Positions 40,040-50,110 of a stretch of DNA of 64,000 nt are shown piece by piece. Source of the stretch: a virus (lineage: Duplodnaviria > Caudoviricetes). Position numbers and translations under genes: made by a program. Location: IMG/VR virus record IMGVR_UViG_2791355120_000002, positions 13,121 through 77,120 of that record; one strand, 5' to 3'. A model generated the notes under the pieces. The model had not been told where the DNA came from, did no database searches, and was given only the letters and a program-made list of their open reading frames with translations. The first letter of the stretch is position 1, and each line of letters opens with the position of its first letter.

Positions 40040-43000
40040 CTAATTGTTGAGAGCGCCCGACACCTTCCGAGAGTTGCGCGTTAGCCAATTCATCATGATC
40101 CGCTCGCCGGCCGTGCTCGCAAGCGCGTTCTCCAAAACGTCGTTGGGATCGAAGACGTTTACGTTCTTGAGGTTGACCGCCACCCGGCCGCCGCCATTCT
40201 TGCTGTGGCGTGCATCATCCTCGGTCAGAACTTCCTCGCCCTTAAGAGCGACGATCGGAACTTCGTCTGGCTTGAGGCCGACGATGCCGCCGCCATGGTG
40301 GCGTTGCGCATTGGCGAAGATAGCCGGATTGACCATGCGAGCGCCGGAAGCCGATGCCTGGCCGACGATACCGCCTTCGTGGAACAGCGACGTGATCCAG
40401 CCGGCAATCGAGCCGCCGAGGCCGCCGCTGCCACCAGCGCCCGCGCCGCCAGAGATCGCGTTGAACAGCGCCTGCTTGACGATTGCCTTGCCAATCTCAA
40501 TCAAGAAGTCAGCGATACCCTGCCGCAGCGCATTGAAGAATGCCGTCGCTGCGTTCTCGCCTTGCGCGATCGACTGCGCAAACGCGCTGAATGCATTGCC
40601 GCCGATGTCGGCGATTTCCTCGTTGAGTTGCTGAGCCTGCGGCAGGAACTGCTTGTCAATCTTCTGCAGCGTCTGGCCAATACCTTCCTGCAACGCTTGC
40701 AGCTTCGCGATCTGCTGATCAGCCGCCGCGCCGCCGATCGCCTGCCAGAATGCAATGGCGGCCGGGATTGCGCTTTTCAGCTTTTCTTCGATCTGGCCAA
40801 TCTGGTCGATCGCGCTGGCAACCTTCCCTTGGTCGCCGGCAGCCTGGGCGATCTGCAAGCTCTGGAACAGCGCCGTGCGCTGCTCGACGAGCCGGTTCAC
40901 TTCGTCGTTAGCGTGGGCGCGGTCGAACTCGGCAGCGGCCGTTTCCTTCACCAGGTCGCGCTGCTGTTGCGAAAGCTCGACGCCGGCCTTCTTTGCCTTG
41001 ATTTCCTCGTCGGTGATGGCCTTGGCGATGAAGGCTTCGCGGTTCTCTTTGATCTTGTAATCGAGTTCCGCCTTCGCGGCATCCATGCGGGCCGTGAAGT
41101 CCTTCTCGTATTCCTGCGTCTTCTTTGCCTGCTCGGTGATGCCGGCATAGGCTGCCAGGATGCCCTCGGCCTTGGCCTTGTGATCATCCATCTGCCCCGA
41201 CACCTTGTCGAGCACCGTGCCAGGCGCGCCGCCGTTCTTCTCGTCGGACGCATTGATGTTCTTCGCGTTGCCGGCGTTAATCGCGGCGTAGATTTGCAGC
41301 AGCCCGTCGCCGGCCTTCACACCAGCGTCGACCAGGTACTTGGCCATCGCCTCCATCTGCGCCTGGACCGATGAATCCTGGCTGATGCCATACCGCTGCT
41401 GCGCAGCCGGGCCGGCTTGAAACAGGCCCACATACTGATTGCCCGCGCCGCCACGGATGGACGGGTTGAAGGTGCCCCCGGTCTCGTAGGAGATCGCCGT
41501 CAGGATGTCCTTCACGTCGACCTTCAACTGATCGGCGATGATTGTTGCGAACCGAACGATGTCGGCCATCTGCGCGGCTGACGCCGAGCCCGAGTTGCGC
41601 TGCGCGGTATACTCGGCTTCGTAGTTCTTGTGCGTCGCATCGTAGGCCATGCCCGCCTGCGCGCGAATTTGGTTCGTCTGCTCGGCGGTGAGCCCGAGAA
41701 TATCCTGGTTGAGCCGCTTGGCTTCTTCGAGCGCGGCGTTCTTCGCCTTGAGCAGTTCGCCTTCGATGTACCGTTCGCGGTTGGTCAGGTTCGCCTGGCG
41801 CGTCTCGTCGGTCAGCGCCTTGCCCTGTTTGTCGATCACCGCCTGAATGTCGAGCCGTGCCTTCTTGTCGGCCTCGGTCTGCGCAGCCACATCCTTCTGC
41901 GCAGCGTCGCCGTCCTTGATGGCCTGCAACTCGGCTTGCCGCTTGTCGACGATATCCTGCAACAGCGCACGCTGCGCTTCCAAAGCGCTCGTGTCAGCGT
42001 AGACAGTCTGACCGGCTTCCAGAAGCTTCGCCTGTTCGGCGATCTGGCCGTTGATCTCTGCGAGCTTCGCCCTCACTGCCTCAAGGTTGTTGGTGTCCAC
42101 CCCGCCACCAAAGCCACTGGTGACGCTGCGAACCTTGTCGGCGACAGCCTCAACCTTTCCAGCAATATTCGCCATGGTGTTGGCGGCGTTCTCGGTTTCA
42201 CGTCCGAGCTTTTGAAGCAGGCCTGACTTTTCGATGATGTCGAGCAAATCACTCCACGCGCGACCAGCGGCTTTCGCGGCTTCGGCCCACGAGGAAGTCG
42301 TATCGGCACCGCTCGCCAATTTCTGCGCGAGAATGTCTTGCGCGAGCGACATGGCGCCGGCCGAGTTGCCAGCCTTCGACATAGCCTCAATCTGCGCGTA
42401 CTGATCGGCAGTGAGGAAGTTCAGTTCCTTGTCGAGATCGCGGACGCCGCTAACCGTGCCGCTGAACGCCGCCGAAAGCTTCTTGCCGGCCTCCGCAACA
42501 TCGTCGCCCGTGATGGCGCTCAGACGCTGCGCCATTTGGGCGAGCGGGGCGAAGTCCTTCTGGTCGATGCCGTCTTTGACGAACTGCTTGACCAGATCAC
42601 GAGCCTTGTCGGTCGCAATGCCGAACTCGCCCATCTGCTGCGTGATCTTGACCAGTTCCTGCGCGCTGTATCGGCTGCCGTCAGCCGAGAGTGCCAGTTC
42701 CTTATTGAAGAGATCGAGCGAGTCGGCGGCGGTCTTCAGGCGTAACGCCGTCGCGATGAACGGCGCGAGCACGGCAGTGACGCCGGCAATGATAGGGATC
42801 GAGCGTGCCAGGACCGACATGGCGCCCGGCCAAATCTGAATGAACTGACCCGCCTGTTGCGCGAGAATCTGCATCGGTCGCTGGCCCGCAGCCAGGCCAG
42901 AGATCACGTCGTTGACCTGGTAGCCGAGATTGGTCAACTGGTATGGCTTGAGGCCGAAGGCAGCGATGCTCTGCGCCTCGCCCTTCGTGGAACTCAGCGA

Positions 43001-43558
43001 CGTGCTGTTGCGAAGCGCGGTCTGCTTCTTCGCCAGCGTGTCCTGCGCCTTCGCAGCGGTGTTCGAGGCTGCGGTGAGCTTGTTCAACTGCGTCGTCTGC
43101 GCGACGATCGCGGCGCTTTCCTCGGTCGCGGCGACAGCGCCTTTCTCCATCGCCGTCGCGAGGCGATTGAATGCAGCGTAGCCGTTCTTGCTGGCCTCGC
43201 CGTTAAGCTGATTGAGCGCAGTGCGATGACGGTTGAGCGTGTCGATCGCTTCCAGCGACCGCTTGCGCGTCAAGGCGATCGTCTCGCCAAGCTCGCGCTG
43301 TTCATCAGCGCTCAGCGAGCCCGACTTTCGCCCGTTGTCGAGTGCGGCCTGATAGCGTGCAACTTGGTCGGTGAGACGCTTGTAGTCGGCAACGGCGGTG
43401 TCGATGTCGCCCTTAGCCGCGCCGAGCACAGCGCGCCGATTAGATGCCTGAGCAGACGCAGAGAGCTTGTTCTGCGTCTGCTCGATGTTCTTGAGAACCT
43501 TCGAGTATTCGTCGCGAGCCTTTACGGCAAATTCTACGACTCTCTCGTTACTCGCCAT
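40040..43558 (-). CDS. Tape measure protein with lysozyme-like domain
   Basis: NLGYQVNDV...GQ.P..IL.QQ.GQ; ISYETGGTFNP...YVGLFQ; FHEGG/HHGGG C-terminus. Confidence 0.9.
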   Translation of the reverse strand: MASNERVVEFAVKARDEYSKVLKNIEQTQNKLSASAQASNRRAVLGAAKGDIDTAVADYKRLTDQVARYQAALDNGRKSGSLSADEQRELGETIALTRKRSLEAIDTLNRHRTALNQLNGEASKNGYAAFNRLATAMEKGAVAATEESAAIVAQTTQLNKLTAASNTAAKAQDTLAKKQTALRNSTSLSSTKGEAQSIAAFGLKPYQLTNLGYQVNDVISGLAAGQRPMQILAQQAGQFIQIWPGAMSVLARSIPIIAGVTAVLAPFIATALRLKTAADSLDLFNKELALSADGSRYSAQELVKITQQMGEFGIATDKARDLVKQFVKDGIDQKDFAPLAQMAQRLSAITGDDVAEAGKKLSAAFSGTVSGVRDLDKELNFLTADQYAQIEAMSKAGNSAGAMSLAQDILAQKLASGADTTSSWAEAAKAAGRAWSDLLDIIEKSGLLQKLGRETENAANTMANIAGKVEAVADKVRSVTSGFGGGVDTNNLEAVRAKLAEINGQIAEQAKLLEAGQTVYADTSALEAQRALLQDIVDKRQAELQAIKDGDAAQKDVAAQTEADKKARLDIQAVIDKQGKALTDETRQANLTNRERYIEGELLKAKNAALEEAKRLNQDILGLTAEQTNQIRAQAGMAYDATHKNYEAEYTAQRNSGSASAAQMADIVRFATIIADQLKVDVKDILTAISYETGGTFNPSIRGGAGNQYVGLFQAGPAAQQRYGISQDSSVQAQMEAMAKYLVDAGVKAGDGLLQIYAAINAGNAKNINASDEKNGGAPGTVLDKVSGQMDDHKAKAEGILAAYAGITEQAKKTQEYEKDFTARMDAAKAELDYKIKENREAFIAKAITDEEIKAKKAGVELSQQQRDLVKETAAAEFDRAHANDEVNRLVEQRTALFQSLQIAQAAGDQGKVASAIDQIGQIEEKLKSAIPAAIAFWQAIGGAAADQQIAKLQALQEGIGQTLQKIDKQFLPQAQQLNEEIADIGGNAFSAFAQSIAQGENAATAFFNALRQGIADFLIEIGKAIVKQALFNAISGGAGAGGSGGLGGSIAGWITSLFHEGGIVGQASASGARMVNPAIFANAQRHHGGGIVGLKPDEVPIVALKGEEVLTEDDARHSKNGGGRVAVNLKNVNVFDPNDVLENALASTAGERIMMNWLTRNSRKVSGALNN

Positions 43559-44233
43559 CCGTCAGTTCCTTCAATTGCTGCTTCAAGACGTTGGCAGCGT
43601 TCCTGGTGGCGGCGGGCTTTACGCTCTTGTTCGGGATGCTGGAGAGCGCCAACTGCAGAAGCGAGATTTCGGCGGCCAACTGAGCGTTGATGCGTCGGAC
43701 CACCAGGCTTGCTTCTGCGAACACCTTCCAGATTGGATAGCTAAATGCGTTGGGATGTCCGTGGTCGAGCAATAGGCTGACCTGGCGACGGACGCCCTCT
43801 ATCCAATCGTCGAGTGTTCCGGGGATGTCAGCTTCGCTGCCGACATGGCCACCTTCGTGACGATCTCCATCAGTTTTCCCAAGCCGCCTTCTGCCTCCAC
43901 CGTCAGCCGGAAAATCTTGGCCAGGGCATCGGCCTGAACCGCAAGCGGCAGGTTGATCTTTGCCAACCGCTCGGCGCTCTCGGGCTCACCCAATCCGCAC
44001 GCGATGACCAGCGAAACGAGCGGCGCGAAGTCGTCGATGATCGACACCGCGATTTCCTCGGCGCTCGCCGGCAAGGTGCCGCTGATGGCCTGCGTGTAGA
44101 GGTTCGCCACCACCTCGCGATGATGGCGAACGATGAAGGTGATGTGCGTTAGGCTGAGCCCGTAGACCTTCAGCGTGTTGGCGCCGAAGGTCACGGTCTC
44201 GGACGGAATGATCAGTGTCTCCAACTGGCTCAT
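43548..44233 (-). CDS. Tail assembly chaperones gpG (43799-44233) and gpGT via -1 frameshift
   Basis: G GGA AAA slippery site at 43874-43880; the -1 frame is open into ORF 43548-43772. Confidence 0.85.
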
Positions 44234-44242
44234 TGTCGCGCC

Positions 44243-45028
44243 TTACGCTGCCGGGCGGCCGTCGCGCAGAGCGAGAGGCAGCGTGCCCTTCTTGAGCGCG
44301 GAGATGTTCAGACCCATCGTCTGCCAGGCCGGCGAAGAAGCATCGGTCACGAGCGCCATGTCGCCGTTCGGGATGAGCCGGCAGCGCGGGATCGTGATAT
44401 CGGACTGAGCGCCGAACGGGTTGATCGAGAAGAACTTCATCTCGCCCTCAACTGCCGAGATGCCGGTCGCGATCTGCGTGCGGGTCGAGACCTGCGTGTC
44501 GTAGTTGGCCACCAGCTTCGGCTTGTCGGTCAGGATGAACAGGAGGCCGAGTTCGAGATCGACGGTGTAGTCCGTGTCGAGCACGAAGGTGGCCGGCGTA
44601 CCGGCAGCGCCATCATCGCAGGAGACGTTCGTCAGCTTGCGCGCGCCAGACGGATTGGCGGTCGTGCGGCCAAGCTGGAACACGTCGCCGGCCTTGACGA
44701 GCAGGAAGGTTTCCGACAGGTCGGTGACAGCCGTGGCTGAAATGGTCGCCACATCACCCATCCACCAGTAGGAGATGTTTTCCGGCCGCATGTCGTCGGT
44801 CGACAGAGCGCCGTTCATGGTCGCGTCGATCGGAATTTCCTCGTCCAGGGTTTTGAGGCCACCCATCGCGCCGTAGTGCGGCAAGGTCTCAGCGCTGCGG
44901 GTCAGCGTGAACTCGGGGCAGTTGCCAAGTTCGCGGAGCGGACCAGGGTTTTGCGTGCCGGCGAGATACTTGGCAAAGTAGGCCTTGCCCTTCGGCACGA
45001 CGAGGTTCTTGGACTGAGTGTCGAACAT
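44243..45028 (-). CDS. Major tail tube protein
   Basis: G..YF......LGNCPEF.L pattern; AAGGAG RBS. Confidence 0.85.
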   Translation of the reverse strand: MFDTQSKNLVVPKGKAYFAKYLAGTQNPGPLRELGNCPEFTLTRSAETLPHYGAMGGLKTLDEEIPIDATMNGALSTDDMRPENISYWWMGDVATISATAVTDLSETFLLVKAGDVFQLGRTTANPSGARKLTNVSCDDGAAGTPATFVLDTDYTVDLELGLLFILTDKPKLVANYDTQVSTRTQIATGISAVEGEMKFFSINPFGAQSDITIPRCRLIPNGDMALVTDASSPAWQTMGLNISALKKGTLPLALRDGRPAA

Positions 45029-45076
45029 TGCGATTTCTCCTTCTTACGTGACTATCACGTATAACGTGATTTTAGA

Positions 45077-45610
45077 TTAAGCGAAAGGTGTCTCAAGGTT
45101 TTCTGCTAGGGTTAGCGTCACCGGAACCAGAAAATATGCGACGGCGGAAACGTCATCGTCGGGCGGCCGATGAACGGGTTCTCCGATCGATAGGCCGATC
45201 ACGCAGGGCGCGACGTTGCCGAGATCGAGGAAATTGTAGTCCCGAACCTTCTTCGCCTTCACTAGTGCCGTGATCACGTCGGCCGAGGCATAGTAGGCGG
45301 GATCGAGCGGATTATCCTTGTCGTCCTGAACGAAGCCTTGGATCAGAAGTCGGAATTCGTTCACCGCGTTTCCCGACGTGATGTTCGAGGCGCCGGGCTC
45401 ACGCGAGCGAGGGTCTTCCAGAACCGAAAGCATCGGCAGCGGATCGCCCTCACCGAACACTGTGCGGCCACGGAACACTCGCGCGGCCGAGCGGCCGGCT
45501 TCGTCGGTGAAATCGGAGAAGTCGTGTTGGTAGCCGTTGGTGGGAGTGATCGATTTGAGCACGTTGTTGCAGATCGCCTTGGCGACGCGCAGGCGGAAAG
45601 GATCAGCCAT
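45077..45610 (-). CDS. Tail terminator protein
   Basis: VFRGR..FG..DPLPMLSVLE; position in the module. Confidence 0.75.
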   Translation of the reverse strand: MADPFRLRVAKAICNNVLKSITPTNGYQHDFSDFTDEAGRSAARVFRGRTVFGEGDPLPMLSVLEDPRSREPGASNITSGNAVNEFRLLIQGFVQDDKDNPLDPAYYASADVITALVKAKKVRDYNFLDLGNVAPCVIGLSIGEPVHRPPDDDVSAVAYFLVPVTLTLAENLETPFA

Positions 45611-46235
45611 TTCTCAGAAGCTCCATCTGGCGGTTGAATTCTTCCTCCACGTCGTCCAGCGTTTCCTGGCTCATGTCTTCGAAGACACCGCCATCGCGTG
45701 ACGCGGCGCTCAACGCCTGATCGACGGACGGGCCATAGAGCAGCCACAGGTTCTTGCCGATCGGCTTCGGCTTATATGCGCCAGCCGGCGCCTCGCCATT
45801 GGTGCGCACCGCCAGGCCGATGTTGTCGTTCTTCAGGCGCATGATGAAGGCGCGCGAGATCGATTTCGTCTGGCCGGGCTTCACCGTCACATTGATCTTG
45901 CCGCCGCGATGGCGGGCACCACCAGTCAGAACAGTCTGCCGGCTGAAGCGGGCGAGCGATGTAGCCTGACCACGACCCTCGATCATGGCAATGAGTGCGC
46001 CACGGCGGGCGCGGGTCTTGACCCACAGTTTCTTGCTCGACGGCGACACGTAAGACGCGGGGAAAGCAACCTGATCGCGCACCAGTCTCGCTGCGCGCGT
46101 GCGACCCTTGTCGGCGGCCTTGTTCAGCGCGCGCACCAGCGCCGTCTCAATCTCGGCTGTCACTTCGCCGATGGCTGGCAGTTGCGCGAACTCGACGATG
46201 ACCAGCGCCGCGCTCAACTGAGGATACCTTCCCAA
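45603..46235 (-). CDS. Tail completion (gpZ-like) protein
   Basis: Basic; ALNKAA...SLARF...LLYGPSVDQ; start uncertain. Confidence 0.7.
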   Translation of the reverse strand: MGRYPQLSAALVIVEFAQLPAIGEVTAEIETALVRALNKAADKGRTRAARLVRDQVAFPASYVSPSSKKLWVKTRARRGALIAMIEGRGQATSLARFSRQTVLTGGARHRGGKINVTVKPGQTKSISRAFIMRLKNDNIGLAVRTNGEAPAGAYKPKPIGKNLWLLYGPSVDQALSAASRDGGVFEDMSQETLDDVEEEFNRQMELLRNG

Positions 46236-46621
46236 ACGTCGCCGGTGGCATCCACGCCAGTCAGGAATTCGGTCAGATCAGCTTGGGAAACCTCGGATAC
46301 CTCGGAATAGAGGTAGCCTTCCCGCCACGGCTTTCCAGGGCCGGTGCGATAGGCTTCGGAGTTTCCAAAGATGACGTAACTGTTGATGAGAACCTTCGGC
46401 AGTTGGGTCTGCTGAAAGACGATACGATTCGTTAGATCGAGCACCGTGGCGCCGTTGCGGAAGTCGTCGGCCTGGTTCTGCGAGGCCACCTGCGCCTTAT
46501 GCAAACGGACGGTGACGCGAACAGGCGTCCCTGCGGCGTGCGTGAGGTACACCGCAGGAATCTCGAAAGTCGCGTGGACGTGTCCAAGCGACTTTCGCTT
46601 CTGTTCGCGCCAGCCGGCCAT
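46214..46621 (-). CDS. Head-tail joining protein
   Basis: Position; VH.TF.IPAVY...VRLH. Confidence 0.7.
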   Translation of the reverse strand: MAGWREQKRKSLGHVHATFEIPAVYLTHAAGTPVRVTVRLHKAQVASQNQADDFRNGATVLDLTNRIVFQQTQLPKVLINSYVIFGNSEAYRTGPGKPWREGYLYSEVSEVSQADLTEFLTGVDATGDVWEGILS

Positions 46622-47157
46622 TAGACGAGCGACTCGTCGTCGGCAGCCTTCTTGCCGCCCTTCTTCTTGGCAGCATCGGCGGCAGCTTTGTCAGCCGCTT
46701 CCTTCTCAGCCGCGTCAGCAGCAGCCTTGTCGGCAGCGTCCTTCTCGGCCTGCTCCTTGGCAGCCTTCTCGGCCGCTTCAGCTTGTTCCTGAGCAAGCTT
46801 CTCAGCCGCGTCAGCAGCAGCCTTGTCGGCAGCGTCCTTCTCGGCCTGCTCCTGAGCAAGCTTCTCAGCCGCGTCAGCAGCAGCCTTGTCGGCAGCGTCC
46901 TTCTCGGCCTGCTCCTTGGCGGCCTTCGCGGCGGCCTCAGCAGCAGCGCGCTCAGCTTCCTCGGCCTCGTGATCGACAGGCTTCTTGATGCCGGCCTTCA
47001 CCAGGTCTTCCTCGCTGGCCTCAACAGCCGCGAGGACATCGGGCCGCAGAACGTAGTCGAGTTCGTCGCCTTCCAGGTCCGCGACCTGGCCGGGATACAC
47101 GACCGGGGGTTTCGTCTTCGGGTCGCGCTGAATGGTGTGGATTGCTTTGATGTACAT
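46621..47157 (-). CDS. FI-position protein with Ala/Lys/Glu repeats
   Basis: Follows the capsid gene; EQAEKDAADKAAADAAEK x3. Confidence 0.7.
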   Translation of the reverse strand: MYIKAIHTIQRDPKTKPPVVYPGQVADLEGDELDYVLRPDVLAAVEASEEDLVKAGIKKPVDHEAEEAERAAAEAAAKAAKEQAEKDAADKAAADAAEKLAQEQAEKDAADKAAADAAEKLAQEQAEAAEKAAKEQAEKDAADKAAADAAEKEAADKAAADAAKKKGGKKAADDESLV

Positions 47158-47226
47158 GAGATCGTCTCCGTTGAGAAAACGGCCCGACAGGGTTTGCCGG
47201 GCCGTGGGGTTCTCTCGTGTCCTGGC

Positions 47227-48321
47227 TTACGCCAGCACGCGAGCCTTGAAAGTGCGGTTCGGGTAGAGCGGAACCGGCAGGGGCGAGGCCTGATGCATCA
47301 GGAAGTCGTCGCCCGGATCGTCGGTCTTGAACTGCTTGGCGAAGATGCGGGCGTTTTGCAGACCGCTCTTGATCGCCTCGTTGTCGAAGATCGCACCGTA
47401 GCACTTGACGCCCGTGGCACCCGGAGCGACGAGCAGGATGTCCTTCTCGTTGAACAGGTCCACCTTCGTGGTGCCGCCAGAGCCATCCGGCACATCGACG
47501 GTATCCTTGTAGGCCCAAACGCTGAGACCATCGGCAAGCTGGCCGATATAGGTCAGCGGCTGCTCCTGCCGCATGATGCCGAGCGAGATCGACACCGTGT
47601 CGTTGCCACGGTAGCGAGTGTCGAGCGCGTCCTTGATGCCGGCATTCTTGCGGAACACGGGAGCCACCTGCGCACCTACGATCAACTGCGCGGCCGAGCC
47701 GCCGCCGTTGGCCAGGTACATGGTGTTCATCCACGTCTGCAGATCGCCAAGGATGTCGGCGGCCGGATCGCTCCAGAAGCCCGAGGACTTGACGACGGTG
47801 TGACCGGCCGCGCGGCCAAAGTCGAGCAGGACGGACGGATTCTTGGCGCCCTGGTCGCGGTCATAATCGATCTGCACCTTGGCGTCGATGAAGGCTCGCG
47901 CCGCCATCCACGCCTCGCGCACGTCGATCGCGCGAGTGTGCATTTCGGTGATCTCAGCCACGCGCATGTCGTACCTCTCGGCGAGCGTGGGCTGACGGCC
48001 GGCGTTGATGAAGACTTCCGAAGGACGGATGTTCTTCAGGTCGGTCGCGCGCACCGCATTCTTGAGCTTGATATACGGCGCGGTGATCTCCGAGATCGAC
48101 TCGCTCTTGGCGTTCTGCATCGGCCGGCCCTGTTCGTAAGGCAGGACGAAGGGCGCCAGGAAGCGAGTGGAGGCCGGCAGGTCCGCGAAGCGGATCGCGC
48201 CGTCTTCCGAGAAGTGCATCTGCGTGAAGAACGTGTCCAGGAAGTAGGACGGAATCGCCTTGTAGCGATCGTCCTGACGCAGAGCGTAGAGGTCTTTGGG
48301 AGTCCAGAGTTCGATACCCAT
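47227..48321 (-). CDS. Major capsid protein (lambda E family)
   Basis: FLDTFF...LAPFV.P..QG...APYIKLK...EAWMAA...QASPLP. Confidence 0.92.
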   Translation of the reverse strand: MGIELWTPKDLYALRQDDRYKAIPSYFLDTFFTQMHFSEDGAIRFADLPASTRFLAPFVLPYEQGRPMQNAKSESISEITAPYIKLKNAVRATDLKNIRPSEVFINAGRQPTLAERYDMRVAEITEMHTRAIDVREAWMAARAFIDAKVQIDYDRDQGAKNPSVLLDFGRAAGHTVVKSSGFWSDPAADILGDLQTWMNTMYLANGGGSAAQLIVGAQVAPVFRKNAGIKDALDTRYRGNDTVSISLGIMRQEQPLTYIGQLADGLSVWAYKDTVDVPDGSGGTTKVDLFNEKDILLVAPGATGVKCYGAIFDNEAIKSGLQNARIFAKQFKTDDPGDDFLMHQASPLPVPLYPNRTFKARVLA

Positions 48322-48365
48322 GGATGCTTTTCCTTCGAGAGTTCGGGGCTAACGAGCCTTCGGGG

Positions 48366-48818
48366 TTACGGGGCCGCCACGGTCGAGCCGAAGTAAACTT
48401 CGCGAACGACGATGTTGGTCGGGGTGGGTGCGCCAGCGAACGCCGCGAACTTCTCGGCGTCGGTGTCGAAGCTCGCCGGCCAGGCGATCATGTGCTTGGC
48501 AAGGCAGCCGCTGCGCAGGATCGGGAGACCGGGGTTCTGTCCGACCGGGATCACGATCTTGAAAAGCGTGATGCCGATGGCCTTGATGTCGTCGGCCGGA
48601 TCGACGCTCCCGACGAGAGCCGGAACCAGATTGCCCGAGTCGTCGAAGCCGACAGGGGTGTAGGGTTCCAGCGTCTGGTTGGCCGCAGCCTTCAAGTCCT
48701 GTACGACGACAGCCGGCGTTTCGCCGACGATCAGGCCTTCCAAGACGGGGTTGATGGTATCGGTCCACTGCGACGGCGTGCCAGCGGAAGGACCGAGGTT
48801 CGGAAGATTGATGTCCAT
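48366..48818 (-). CDS. Head decoration protein D
   Basis: Position between protease and capsid genes; AIGI...SG......WP. Confidence 0.8.
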   Translation of the reverse strand: MDINLPNLGPSAGTPSQWTDTINPVLEGLIVGETPAVVVQDLKAAANQTLEPYTPVGFDDSGNLVPALVGSVDPADDIKAIGITLFKIVIPVGQNPGLPILRSGCLAKHMIAWPASFDTDAEKFAAFAGAPTPTNIVVREVYFGSTVAAP

Positions 48819-48856
48819 TCGACTCTCTCCTTAGTCTACGGTTGAGCCTCGGGCCG

Positions 48857-50110
48857 TTAGCCCTTGACCATTGCGAGCGTCTTTGCGGCGCGGCTCACTT
48901 CCGTTTTGTCGGCTTCCTCATCGGCAGAGGCCTCGATGCCGGGATTGCCCGAGCCGCGCATGGCGTCCTTGAGCATTCCCTTCGGCGCGCCGGCACCAGC
49001 CTCGGGCGCAGATTCCTCGGCCAGTTCGCCGATGAAGGCCGCAGCTTCCTCGGCCGACATGCTGGTCTTGAGAGCGGCATTGAGTGCCGCCTTCGGCCGC
49101 TTCTTGCCGGCTTCGGAGCCGAGGATCGCGGTGATGCGAGCAAGGGCCTCGGTGGCGCCCTGCTTGATGCCTTCTGCCAGGCCTTCGGTTTTGCCGGCTG
49201 CCTTAGCGGTGTCGAGATCGGCCTGGGTGAGTTCGGCCATTTGTTCATCTCCTTCTGAGAATGTGGCCTCAAAGGCCGTGATAGCGTCGTCCAGGGCTCC
49301 GATTGCGTCAGCCAAGCCGTTGTCGATCGCCTGTTGAGCCATGAAAGTATGTGCGTCGGTTGCGTCGACCGCTTCCGCCTTCATGTCCCGGTTTCTCGCC
49401 ACCGAAGCGACGAATTGCTCGTGGAATGCATCCACGCGCTCCTGAATCCGCTCGCGCGCCCCCTCGGACAATTTCTCGTAGGGGTTGCCCTCCATCTTGT
49501 CGGGCTTGGAGCGGATGATGTTGGCCGTGATGCCCGCTGCATCGAGCATCTTGGAATACTCGATGGCGACCACGACGACGCCGATCGAACCGACGCCACC
49601 GCTGCGGGAGACGGTGATGCCGTTAGGATCGGCGGCCGAAATGACGTTGTAGGCTGCCGAGTAAGCGTGCTCCGCAAAGCCGCGAATGGGCTTCTTGCCA
49701 CGCAGGGCATACAGCCTATCCACTAGGTCGAAGTTGCCCGCGACCAGGCCACCGCCCGAATTGACAATGTAGGCGATGCCTTTGACGTTGGAGTCGTCCA
49801 CGCCGCGCTTGACGGCCTGGTAGATGTACTCGTAGCCGGTTGCGTAGACACCGAAGGCCCACGGGAAATCGTTCAGCAGCACGCCCTTAACCGGGACGTG
49901 CAGGATGCCGTTCTTCACGACGTAGGGACGATAGCGCGAACGGTAATCGTCCTCGGGAAACCAGAAATCGGCTGCGGCCGACTCGGCGGTCATCTTCTCG
50001 ATTTCATCAATGCGGGCGCCGAGCGCCAGGAGCGATGACTGCAGCCATGCGCCCTGCCCCTCGTCGATGAGCGCCGGCTGGTCCTGAAACTGAGCGATGA
50101 TCGGGTTCAT
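48857..50110 (-). CDS. S49 prohead protease with C-terminal scaffold
   Basis: VNSGGG; AYSAAY; GSIGV; GLADAIG. Confidence 0.9.
   Translation of the reverse strand: MNPIIAQFQDQPALIDEGQGAWLQSSLLALGARIDEIEKMTAESAAADFWFPEDDYRSRYRPYVVKNGILHVPVKGVLLNDFPWAFGVYATGYEYIYQAVKRGVDDSNVKGIAYIVNSGGGLVAGNFDLVDRLYALRGKKPIRGFAEHAYSAAYNVISAADPNGITVSRSGGVGSIGVVVVAIEYSKMLDAAGITANIIRSKPDKMEGNPYEKLSEGARERIQERVDAFHEQFVASVARNRDMKAEAVDATDAHTFMAQQAIDNGLADAIGALDDAITAFEATFSEGDEQMAELTQADLDTAKAAGKTEGLAEGIKQGATEALARITAILGSEAGKKRPKAALNAALKTSMSAEEAAAFIGELAEESAPEAGAGAPKGMLKDAMRGSGNPGIEASADEEADKTEVSRAAKTLAMVKG

Noticed and set aside
36698-48396. Long + strand ORFs (36698-38221, 40205-41374, 46783-48396 and others)
   Set aside because: Antisense shadows of high-GC structural genes with no motifs or RBS.
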